Source: an uncultured delta proteobacterium
GTDB taxonomy: Bacteria; Myxococcota_A; Polyangia; Polyangiales; JAFGIB01
DNA: 64,000 nucleotides
Assembly: GCA_963778655.1 (NCBI GenBank)
Contig: CAVZVA010000009.1
Coordinates: 1,152,001-1,216,000 of the forward strand
Direction: 5' to 3'
Made by a program: the position numbers and the translations under genes. The notes below the pieces were generated by a model. That model worked only from the letters and a program-made list of their open reading frames with translations, ran no database searches and was not told the DNA's origin. Every line of letters starts with the position of its first letter. The first letter of the stretch is position 1. Positions 1 to 8,120 of the stretch are shown piece after piece.

Positions 1-622
1 CGAAGCCCTTGAGGTGGGTCTGGCCGCTCTTCCAGCTGATCGGCACCTCGCTCTCGCCCTTGCCGCTGGCCAGGGAGCTGGGCGCGCTCGGCGGCAGCGT
101 GTCGACACCGAGTCGGTCGAACTCCGCGTAGTTGCTGCCGACGGCTTCGGTGCCGTTGGTCGTGTTGACCCATAGGAACCACAGCTTCGGCATCTCCTCG
201 ACGGCCGCGTTGCAGTCTTTGATCAGGTCGGTCGCGTGCAGCGTGACCATCAAGCCCTGGGTGATGCCGCCCGAAGCCACGCTGGTGAGGTAGGTGCAGG
301 CGTTGGAGGTCGAGCTCTTGCGATCGGTGCCGGAGCAGCTGTCGCCAACCAAGATGTCGATTGACGGCTTGTCGGACGGTGCACCATCGAACCTGAACAC
401 CAGGGCCACATTGCCCTCGCAGTCGGGCTTGCTCAGATAGATCTGGCCGAGCGCGTTGACGGTCTCGCCGCCGATGCTGAGCAATTCGACGCGCACGCCG
501 CCGGCCGAGGTGCTCCCGGTGCCCGCGGTGCCGCTTTGGGCGAGCGCGGCCGAGGGTAGCCAGCAGCCGAGCGCGATCAGCGCGGCCGTCCACAGACGTT
601 GGGCGAACATGGGGCTCGGCAT
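1..622 (-). CDS. Secreted/surface protein, runs off the left edge (3' end missing); Cys-containing N-terminal domain followed by the start of an FN3-like domain
   Basis: Own translation: MPSPMFAQRLWTAALIALGCWLPSAALAQ (signal peptide, AxA site)...DTLPPSAPSSLASGKGESEVPISW, open to the window edge. Not in the ORF track because no stop lies in the window. Alternative ATG at 610. Confidence 0.7.
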   Translation of the reverse strand, partial: MPSPMFAQRLWTAALIALGCWLPSAALAQSGTAGTGSTSAGGVRVELLSIGGETVNALGQIYLSKPDCEGNVALVFRFDGAPSDKPSIDILVGDSCSGTDRKSSTSNACTYLTSVASGGITQGLMVTLHATDLIKDCNAAVEEMPKLWFLWVNTTNGTEAVGSNYAEFDRLGVDTLPPSAPSSLASGKGESEVPISWKSGQTHLKGF

Positions 623-988
623 ATGCAAGCTTCGTGCGCGCTCGGAAACCCGGAGATTCCCGCGGGATGTATCATCTTTTTGCTCGCGAGGGGACAAACT
701 GACGCCGCCTCTCGAGGAGCGCGTGCCAAATTGGCAGGCGGGCGGCCCCGGGCCCGAGCCGCGCCCGGGGGCGGCGCGAGGGTTGCCGCAACCCCTTGCA
801 GCCGCATCCCAGCGCTTGCAGGCTACCCGCCCACATGCCTCTGTGCTCGACGCGGAAGGCTGGCGCCCTTGCCGTGCGGCTGCTCAGGCCGCGCGGGCCA
901 GCGCCCCCGGCGCGATCGTCTTGCTGCGTACGAGCGCTGCGCTTCGCCCGCTAGACCCATCCACGCAACGCTGCTTCGAGGAACCACC

Positions 989-2689
989 ATGCCTACGCTG
1001 ACGAATCGACCCTGGCCGGCGGCCCAGCGCCGTGACCACGCCCCGGCTCCGCCGTCCTGCGGCTTGAGCGGGGCGATCGGCTTGAGCTGCATCGTGCTGC
1101 TTTCGGCCGCGCCGGTGCTCGCGCAGGCGGCCGCGACCCCCGCCCCCGCGACGCCGGCTGCTCCTGCCGCAGCGCCCGCAGCGCCCGCCGCCCCGGTCGC
1201 GGCGCCTGCAAAGCCAGTCGCCCCTGCCGCGGCGCCTGCAAAGCCAGTCGCGACAGTGCCTGCGCCGGGCGCGGCTCCCGCCGCCCCCGCAGCAGCCGCT
1301 CCCACACCGGCGGCCGCCGCCCAGGCAGCCACGCCCGGCACCCAGATCGACAACGGCACCGACACCTTCGATCTCTCGCGCGCGCTGGCCGAGGGCGCCG
1401 AGTCCATGGACGCGGACCAGGCCGCCGCGCTCGCGGTCAAGACCGCGCCCAGCATCGCCAAGGCCGAAGCCGCGAGCGAGCAAGCGCGCAAGGCCGCGGC
1501 CCAGGCCGAGGTCGCGCTCTATCCGCGCCTCGACCTGATGGCGCAGTACACGCGCCTGAGCCCGCCGCCTCCCCTGAGCTTCCAGTTCACCGGTCCCAAT
1601 CCGATGACCGGCATGCTGAGCACCACGACGATCACCGTGACCCCCGGGCTGGTCGATCAGTTCCTGTTGCAGGCGCGCGTGAGCTATCCGCTCACGGACC
1701 TGTTTTTCAAGATATTGCCGAGCTACAAGGCGGCCAAGGAGCGAACCAAGGCTCAGGAGCTCAACGCCCGTGCGCAAGCGCAGACCGTGGCGCTGCACGC
1801 GCGCGAAGCGTTCTACAACTACGCGCGCGCCCGGGCCGCGCTGCTGGTGGCGCGCTCGGGGCTGGGCCAGGCCGAGGCCCAGCAGCACGACACCGAGTCG
1901 CTGGTGCGGGCCGGCACGCTGGCGCGCGTGGAGCAGATGCGGGCCGAGGCCCAGGTCGCCTCGGCGCGGGTGGCCGTGGCCCGCGCGCAGGGCGCGGTCG
2001 CGGTGGCGCGCACCGCGTTGCGTTCGTTGCTGCACCGCGAGGGCGAGCAGGACATCGCGGTCGCCGAGGATTTGTCCCAGCCCCTGCCCGCGCTGACGGA
2101 CACGAAGGACCAGTTGCTGCAGACCGCGTTCAAGAATCGCTCCGAGATTCGCGCGTTCGAGGCGATGACCGGTGCCTATGACAAGAGCCGCGACGCCGCC
2201 AACGCCGACAAGTTGCCCAAGCTCTCGGTGGCCTGGACAGGCGACTACGCGGATCCGAACCAGCGTGCCACCTCCTACGAAAAGAAGTTCACCCCCACGT
2301 GGATGGCCACCGCGATGCTCACGTGGTCGCCCAACGACTACTTCTCGTCCGACGCCAGTGCCAGTCAAGCCGAGGCCCAGCGCGCGCAGACGCAATCGGA
2401 CATGGATGCGCTTGAGGACGCGCTGCGCCAGGAGGTGTCGCAGGCCTACGAGGATTACCTGGCAGCGCGCGAGGCGATGGATGCGGCGCAGGTGGGCATC
2501 TCTGCGGCCGAGGAGAGCTACCGCGTGCGCCGCGAGCAGTTCCGCGCCGGCGCGGCGGTCTCGACCGACGTGGTGATGGCCGAGGCGGACCTCACCCGTG
2601 CTCGCCTCGACCTGGTCAACGCTGCGATCGATCTGCGCATCGCGCGCGCGCGGCTGGACCGCGCGGTGGAGCGTGACAGCGCAGGCTGA
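989..2689 (+). CDS. TolC-family outer membrane efflux protein with Pro/Ala-rich N-terminal linker
   Basis: OEP-type repeats (ALYPRLDL...; LPKLSV...; AEESYRVRREQFRAGAAVSTDVVMAE); signal-like hydrophobic stretch. Start chosen at ATG 989 within ORF 599..2689. Confidence 0.85.
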   Translation: MPTLTNRPWPAAQRRDHAPAPPSCGLSGAIGLSCIVLLSAAPVLAQAAATPAPATPAAPAAAPAAPAAPVAAPAKPVAPAAAPAKPVATVPAPGAAPAAPAAAAPTPAAAAQAATPGTQIDNGTDTFDLSRALAEGAESMDADQAAALAVKTAPSIAKAEAASEQARKAAAQAEVALYPRLDLMAQYTRLSPPPPLSFQFTGPNPMTGMLSTTTITVTPGLVDQFLLQARVSYPLTDLFFKILPSYKAAKERTKAQELNARAQAQTVALHAREAFYNYARARAALLVARSGLGQAEAQQHDTESLVRAGTLARVEQMRAEAQVASARVAVARAQGAVAVARTALRSLLHREGEQDIAVAEDLSQPLPALTDTKDQLLQTAFKNRSEIRAFEAMTGAYDKSRDAANADKLPKLSVAWTGDYADPNQRATSYEKKFTPTWMATAMLTWSPNDYFSSDASASQAEAQRAQTQSDMDALEDALRQEVSQAYEDYLAAREAMDAAQVGISAAEESYRVRREQFRAGAAVSTDVVMAEADLTRARLDLVNAAIDLRIARARLDRAVERDSAG

Positions 2690-2726
2690 GGCGGAAATCC
2701 GGGCGGCCAACGAGTCCCGCGCTGCC

Positions 2727-2755
2727 TTGACAGCGATTTCGGCCAAGCCTAATTA
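2727..2755 (+). promoter_or_regulatory. sigma70-type promoter for the tRNA-Gln/tRNA-Glu pair
   Basis: TTGACA-17 bp-TAATTA directly upstream of tRNA-Gln. Confidence 0.6.
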
Positions 2756-2766
2756 AGGCAGCCCTT

Positions 2767-2837
2767 TCGGGGATCGTCTAAAGGTAGGACGCCAGATTCT
2801 GGTTCTGGCTATCTAGGTTCGAATCCTAGTCCCCGAG
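2767..2837 (+). tRNA. tRNA-Gln (anticodon CTG); CCA not encoded
   Basis: Acceptor TCGGGGA/TCCCCGA, anticodon arm CCAGA-TTCTGGT-TCTGG, T-loop GGTTCGAATCC. Confidence 0.93.
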
Positions 2838-2854
2838 CAAAATCCCCGAGACAT

Positions 2855-2930
2855 GGCCCCATCGTCTAGTGGCCTAGGACATCGGCCTCTCACGCCGGTA
2901 ACACGAGTTCGAATCTCGTTGGGGTCGCCA
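2855..2930 (+). tRNA. tRNA-Glu (anticodon CTC)
   Basis: GGCCCCATCGTCTAGTGGCCTAGGAC...TCGGC-CTCTCAC-GCCGG...GTTCGAATC...GGGGTCGCCA; cloverleaf with CCA. Confidence 0.95.
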
Positions 2931-2957
2931 GTGGTTTCAGATAGTTAGCTGTGGTCG

Positions 2958-2992
2958 TGGGCAATCGCTGGGCAATCAGCCCGGGATTGCCC
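2958..2992. repeat. Short repeats TGGGCAATC x2 plus inverted GATTGCCC next to att site (possible integrase arm-type sites)
   Basis: TGGGCAATC at 2958-2966 and 2969-2977; GATTGCCC at 2985-2992. Confidence 0.45.
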
Positions 2993-3212
2993 CGGCCAAC
3001 GGCGCAAGTGAGCCCGACCGCAACTGCGCGGACGTGCGTGCCGTGCGCTTGTAGCGAGCGCTCATCACGATCGAGCGATGCCCCGTGCGGTCGCAGATCC
3101 ACGCCCCGCTCTGGCCGTTCGCGAGCGACAGCGCGACCAAGGTTCTGCGAAGTTCGTGCATGCGAATGCGATAGCGTTCGACCGCTGTGGAGAACAGCGC
3201 GGGCTGCTCGTG
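2976..3212 (-). pseudogene. C-terminal remnant of a tyrosine recombinase (phage integrase)
   Basis: ...ALFSTAVERYRIRMHELRRTLVALSLANGQSGAWICDRTGHRSIVMSARYKR: HxLR box, GH and catalytic-Tyr spacing. In-frame TGA at 3213-3215; no N-terminal part visible. Confidence 0.8.
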
Positions 3213-3381
3213 TCAGGTGTGACGATGCACCCAAGTGCCGGCTCTCCTGACGCACGAGTGGGCGCGAGTTGCGTGACCGCCGAGCGGAAGGGCGGCTGAA
3301 AGGCGGGGGCTCCGAATCTTCGTCCGACCAATGGCTTTGGCGTTTCGGAGCTACATCGAGCTCAACGCCCGGCGGGCGAGC

Positions 3382-3597
3382 TCATGCGTGCTCGACGACT
3401 GCTGCGCGAAGCAGGTCGAGCAAGTCTCGATGAGCAGGTGGGAGCTCAGACGCACTGTCCCGAACGCGGATGAACCGCGTGCTACGTCGAGCTTGAAACC
3501 AAACGCCTTGCACGTCGTCGCTCAAGCGCGCGCCCGACTGAATTGGACCGAGGTGGCGCTCCAAGTGAGCGATCAGCGGAGGTGTGTTGGCTTTCAT
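3382..3597 (-). pseudogene. Short ORF, possible N-terminal fragment of a suppressor-of-fused (SuFu)-like immunity protein
   Basis: LIAHLERHLGPIQSG...VQGVWF resembles the start of bacterial SuFu-domain proteins (recollection, unverified); too short for the full domain. Confidence 0.3.
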
Positions 3598-3853
3598 CTG
3601 GTCCGCCCAACCAGATCCTCACCTGCGTGACCGCAGTCTAAAGTTCTTCTGCGCGTGGCGGAAGCGCATCCACGCGGTGACGGCGACCACGAATGGGTGC
3701 ATCGGTCCATTGCCGAACACCGGTGGTCGCGCTGAGCTCACCGGCCTGCAAGACGAAGCTGCGCCGGGATACGCCGCAGACGGCCGCTTGCGGATGCTGC
3801 GGCGGGGAGCCCACAATGGCTGTGACGCACCAGCCGTTTGAGGGAGGGAGGTC

Positions 3854-4195
3854 GTGCAAAGGATGAACGCTCGTCTGCTCGCGGGCCTGTGGTCCCTTGC
3901 GTTTCTCTGGGCCTGCGGTGGGGGGCGCGCTCTCGACTATGGCGGCTTTGCTGTTTGCAGTCATGACACGGATTGCAAGACCGACTTGGTCGACGGCCTT
4001 CGACTGGCCGGCGCGGCTCCGGCCGCGCTGGCGTCGAGCCAGCGTGTGCAACATGTCATCAGTCCGCCCAGCACGGACCCTATCTGCTGCAGCACGACGA
4101 CGCACGAAGTTGGGGGACCGCTCTCCGCAGCGCTCGGTATGCAACCTCGGTCGGAGCCTCGGTCGGAGCCTCGGCAAGTTCGTCGGCCCTGGTAG
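3854..4195 (+). CDS. Possible small lipoprotein or fragment
   Basis: GGGAGGGAGG RBS before GTG; lipoprotein-like LAFLWAC; CSHDTDC motif; 3' part looks degenerate and includes a 12-bp tandem repeat (CCTCGGTCGGAG x2.5, 4145-4174). Confidence 0.35.
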   Translation: MQRMNARLLAGLWSLAFLWACGGGRALDYGGFAVCSHDTDCKTDLVDGLRLAGAAPAALASSQRVQHVISPPSTDPICCSTTTHEVGGPLSAALGMQPRSEPRSEPRQVRRPW

Positions 4196-4250
4196 AGGTC
4201 GGATACTTTGCCTTGGTCGTGGTGCGTGCGGGCGCAGGACCTGTTCTTCG

Positions 4251-6167
4251 CTATTCCGTCCCGCGCGCGCGCCGGGCAGCGGGCCGTTCCCGTGCTCGGT
4301 CACGGCGCCGGCGCGGAGAGCGCTCGCGTGAGCGCTGCCGGCGCAATGCCAGCAGGCCCAGCGCGAGCATCCAGAATCGCCCGCGTGCATGTGAACCGCG
4401 CGCGGCGCCCAACAGCGAGCAAGAGCAAGACGAAGGCTTGCTCGCGGTTGCGCCGGACGCGAGCGCACCGTTGTCGCCGCCGGACACGACGCCGACATCG
4501 CTGCCGCCCACGCCGTCCCTCAACCCAAGGCCCGTGACGCCGCCGGTCGCGCCCCGGCCGCCTCCCACGCCGGCGTCAGGCGTCTCACCGCTGCCCGTGC
4601 CGCCCGGGCCGCGCCCTCCACCCGCACCGGCGCTCGTCCCGCCGGGTGCGCCGCCGGTGCCCGCGAGGCTGACTGTACCGCCGCCATCGCCGCCCGTGCC
4701 GGGAGCGCCGCCGCTGCCTGCGCTGCTTCCCGAGCCGCCCGTGCCAGCCGTGCCGGGAGCGCCACCGAGCGGGGTCAGGCTCAGGCGGTAGCCGTCATTG
4801 CCGTTGGTGTTGCCGATCGAAATCGTGATCGCATCGTTGACGATCGCCACGTCCGCGCCCGAAAGCGTCTCGGTCGTGTTCACGACGGTGGAGCGATCGG
4901 CAAACGGCGTGCGCTCGACCACCGCGTGCACCCTCGAGCCGAAGAACGGAGCCGCGCTGAAGCCCTTCACCACGACCTCGACGCTCCCGTCGTTGACGCC
5001 GCCCAGGATTACGAAGGCGTCACCGGCGCTCGCGTCCAGGCTGGCGACGCCGTCCAGGTTCTTGCCGTTCACCGGCAGCGACGACGACGTCGCGACCATC
5101 TGGCCGGTCATCTCGCCGTACCACCGGTAGAAAAACCAGCCACCGTTACGCTCGGTATCGGTCGCGAGCAACGTGCCGAGCCGTCCGGGGTGCGGCACGT
5201 CCCAGTACGTGATGCAAGCGGTCTCCACGCCGGAGCGCTCGAGCTGAGCGATCAGCGGCGCGGACGCGCCGGGTCGGCCCTCGTCGTCGATGCGCCCCGA
5301 GCCGCTGTACTCGTTGATCGTGATCGGCAGCGGACCGATGCCGAGCTGCCGTTCGAGATCGCGATAGGACTTCACGTCGTTGCTGATGTATTCGCCCTCG
5401 TGCCAGCCCACGATGTCGGGCAGACACGCGTTGGTCTTGCAGAAGGAGAGGAAGTCCTTCATGAAGTTTCCGTCGTAACCGGCCAGCGACGGCCCGGTGA
5501 TCTTCGCCTGCGGATCGAGCTGCCGCAGCTTGGCGAAGGACTGCCGCCACAGCTCGTTGAACGATATCGGCTTGTCGCTCTTCCAGGTCCCGTTGGGCTC
5601 GTTCCAGATCTCGTAGGCGTAGACGTTCTGCAGGTTCGCCGCCTGCTTGCGCGAGACCGTCTGGCCGATCTTGCCGAGCCAATCGTCGATGTTCGTGAAC
5701 GAGTACCAACCCTTGAACCAGTCGGCCAAACGGATGGTCACCTTGGCTCCGGTCGGCGCCACGCGGCCGGCGACGACGATCGCGTCGCCCCACGGTTGTT
5801 GCTGGTCGGCCGCGGGACCGGTGAACATGTTCGGATGCAGCGGCGCGATCAGCGCGTCCACGTCCGCGGGCAGCGACTCGGTCACTCCGTACAACGAGCC
5901 GTTGCCCACGTGCGTCGCCGGTCTCACGGTCTGCGACAGGTCTACGGTCAGGGTCGTGAGCGCCGCCGCCGGCGCGGGCACGACGAGGCTACCGGCCGCG
6001 CCCAGCAACGCCGCGAGGGTCGCTGGCTGCTTGCGCCCGCGCGCAGCGACATGGCGACGCCTGCCGCGCACCGGCGCCTGCACGTTGCTTGGGAGCGCTT
6101 CGAGCACATTGCGCTCGAAGCGCAAACTCCGCAGGGCCTGGATCCGAGGACCGCGGGCGGGTGCCAT
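4251..6167 (-). CDS. Clan GH-A glycoside hydrolase (GH39-like) with Gly-rich linker and MYXO-CTERM-like anchor
   Basis: YEIWNEP (acid/base) and PITINEY (nucleophile) motifs; signal-like LAALLGAAGSLVVPAPAAA; C-terminal SSCSC + hydrophobic helix + RRQRSR. True start probably downstream of 6167. Confidence 0.75.
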   Translation of the reverse strand: MAPARGPRIQALRSLRFERNVLEALPSNVQAPVRGRRRHVAARGRKQPATLAALLGAAGSLVVPAPAAALTTLTVDLSQTVRPATHVGNGSLYGVTESLPADVDALIAPLHPNMFTGPAADQQQPWGDAIVVAGRVAPTGAKVTIRLADWFKGWYSFTNIDDWLGKIGQTVSRKQAANLQNVYAYEIWNEPNGTWKSDKPISFNELWRQSFAKLRQLDPQAKITGPSLAGYDGNFMKDFLSFCKTNACLPDIVGWHEGEYISNDVKSYRDLERQLGIGPLPITINEYSGSGRIDDEGRPGASAPLIAQLERSGVETACITYWDVPHPGRLGTLLATDTERNGGWFFYRWYGEMTGQMVATSSSLPVNGKNLDGVASLDASAGDAFVILGGVNDGSVEVVVKGFSAAPFFGSRVHAVVERTPFADRSTVVNTTETLSGADVAIVNDAITISIGNTNGNDGYRLSLTPLGGAPGTAGTGGSGSSAGSGGAPGTGGDGGGTVSLAGTGGAPGGTSAGAGGGRGPGGTGSGETPDAGVGGGRGATGGVTGLGLRDGVGGSDVGVVSGGDNGALASGATASKPSSCSCSLLGAARGSHARGRFWMLALGLLALRRQRSRERSPRRRRDRARERPAARRARGTE

Positions 6168-6480
6168 ACACCGGGCAGTGGCCGCAAGAACGGGGATCCG
6201 TCACGCGATCGGCGAGATCGCGCGGGCCCATCGCCCTGGCGTGTCCGACTCGCCAGAGTTCAGATCCAGATACCTCGGGTACGCCCACGATCGGTCGCGC
6301 TTCTTGCCGGTGGTCTCGACGAAAGCCCCCGCCCTTTCCAGGCGTCGGCGACACATGGTGCGCAGCCGGAATAGGCGGGCGCTTCCGTCGAAGATCAGGC
6401 GCAACACCTGCGACGGATGGAGCGGCGCTGGCGCCGAGGCGTCGAGTTGCGGCATGCTCTGGGCCGGCCGGAGCCTACAC

Positions 6481-7485
6481 ATGCGCGTGCTGATGTACCA
6501 GCGTTCCCACGATCGCCTCGCCTCGCGGCTGCGCGAGCGCGCGCCGAGCCTGCAGCCGGTGCTGATGGCGCAAGACGGATCGCTGAGCATGCAGGGGAGG
6601 TCGGTGACACTCGAGGAGGCCGCGCCGGTCGCAGCCTGGGCCAGCAGCGAGCTGTACAGCGGCGGCCCGGTCCGGGAGTTCATGATCGCGTGCCTGAAGA
6701 GCGAATCTCTGCGTTTCGTGCAGTCAGGCGCGGCCGGCTGCGACCACCCGGTGTTCTCCCTGCTGGTCGATCGCGGCATCGCGCTGGCCAACAGTGATGC
6801 CTCCGCGATCGCGATCGCCGAGTTCGTGCTCTCCGCGGTGCTCGACGTCTATCACCCCAACGTGCTGCGCCGCGAGTTGCAGGCCTCGCGGCGCTGGGAA
6901 CGCACTCCGTTCCGCGAGGTGAACGGCAGCCGCTGGGTCGTCATCGGCATGGGCAGCATCGGCCGCGAGGTCGCCGTGCGCGCGCGTGCATTCGGTGCCG
7001 AGCTGATCGGCGTGCGCCGTACGCCACGCGGGGACGAGCCCGTCGATCGCATGATCAGGCCTGCGCAGCTGCCGTCGGTGTTGCCGACGGCGGACGTCGT
7101 CGTGCTGTGTGCGCCCGCCAATATCGACAGCCAGCACATGGTCGCCGCCGCGTTCCTGGGGGCGCTCGGCCCCGACGCGATTCTGGTCAACGTCAGCCGC
7201 GGCGCGCTCGTCGACGAGCGCGCATTGCTGGACAGCCTGCAGCGCGGACGCCCGGGCACCGCCATCCTCGACGTCTTCGAGGTCGAGCCGCTGCCGAAGG
7301 AGTCGCCGCTATGGTCGCATCCGCGCGTGCGCGTCAGCGGCCACAACGCGGCCGCCGGCTCAGGTTTTCTGGCGCGCAACGACGAGCTGTTCCTGCGTAA
7401 CATGGCTCGGCTGAGCGCGGGCGAGACGCCCGAGCGCGTGCTCGCACCCGAGGTCGTGAGGGCCTCGGTGCAAGGCAATCGCTGA
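6481..7485 (+). CDS. D-isomer-specific 2-hydroxyacid dehydrogenase
   Basis: IGMGSIG Rossmann motif; LVNVSRGALVDE; LDVFEVEPLP; HPRVRVSGHNA. Confidence 0.9.
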   Translation: MRVLMYQRSHDRLASRLRERAPSLQPVLMAQDGSLSMQGRSVTLEEAAPVAAWASSELYSGGPVREFMIACLKSESLRFVQSGAAGCDHPVFSLLVDRGIALANSDASAIAIAEFVLSAVLDVYHPNVLRRELQASRRWERTPFREVNGSRWVVIGMGSIGREVAVRARAFGAELIGVRRTPRGDEPVDRMIRPAQLPSVLPTADVVVLCAPANIDSQHMVAAAFLGALGPDAILVNVSRGALVDERALLDSLQRGRPGTAILDVFEVEPLPKESPLWSHPRVRVSGHNAAAGSGFLARNDELFLRNMARLSAGETPERVLAPEVVRASVQGNR

Positions 7486-8120
7486 GGGCGGCCGACTCCC
7501 TGCTGCTGACCCAATCATGACCCTGGCTCCGCTCCGCCCGCTCCGGGATGCCGCGCCTGCGCACCGACCGCGCGGCGGGCAACGACTGCGGCCCTCCGGG
7601 GCGGATACGCAGCGAGCATTCCTCGGGCCAGTCCTCCGGGCGCGCTCGCGCCTACGGTGAAACACTCGAAACGCATACGGCTTCAACCTGTTCGGTGCTC
7701 TAGGAGATCGCGACGCCCACCGTCGAGAGTGATGGATGGGGCGTAAGCAATAGCAATCCGCGCTAGCCAGCGTCGCCATGGATTTGCGACGTTGCGGAGA
7801 GACGGCTGCGCCGAGGACCATCGGCGAGCCCATTGGTTCACGCGCAGATCCCCGCTGCGGGCGTTTGCTGGCGGATGTTTCGGCGCTGTCGCTTTCCGGG
7901 TCGCTACCAAGGGCTGCCGCCGGCCAGCCGCCACTACCGCGCCATCCGACAAGAACAAGGCCAATACCGCAAGCCAAAGCACGGCCCACACTATCGCACG
8001 AGCACACACGCCACGTGCCCGCGCCAGGACCGCAGGTATCGGCGCAGGTGGGTTCGGGTCGTTGGACGCCGCAGGCACGGTGGCTAGCAACGGACACGGG
8101 GGCACGGGCATAATTCCAGG

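Noticed and set aside
599..988. N-terminal extension of the TolC ORF
   Set aside because: Overlaps the divergent gene start and promoter region; Arg/Gly-rich, non-protein-like; typical high-GC open frame.
1140..1330. 30-bp-period direct repeats in TolC (and similar repeats at 21780-22130, 35200-35500, 62220-62600)
   Set aside because: They encode Pro/Ala or Gly/Ser linkers in frame; no unique spacers, so not CRISPR.
5647..6480. Extension making the dehydrogenase 612 aa
   Set aside because: Antisense to the glycosidase; the real domain begins at ATG 6481.
7683..8120. Hydrophobic stretch (AIVWAVLWLAVLALFLS) in the minus-strand ORF upstream of the kinase
   Set aside because: Part of the antisense shadow ORF of the kinase; no convincing start or family signal.
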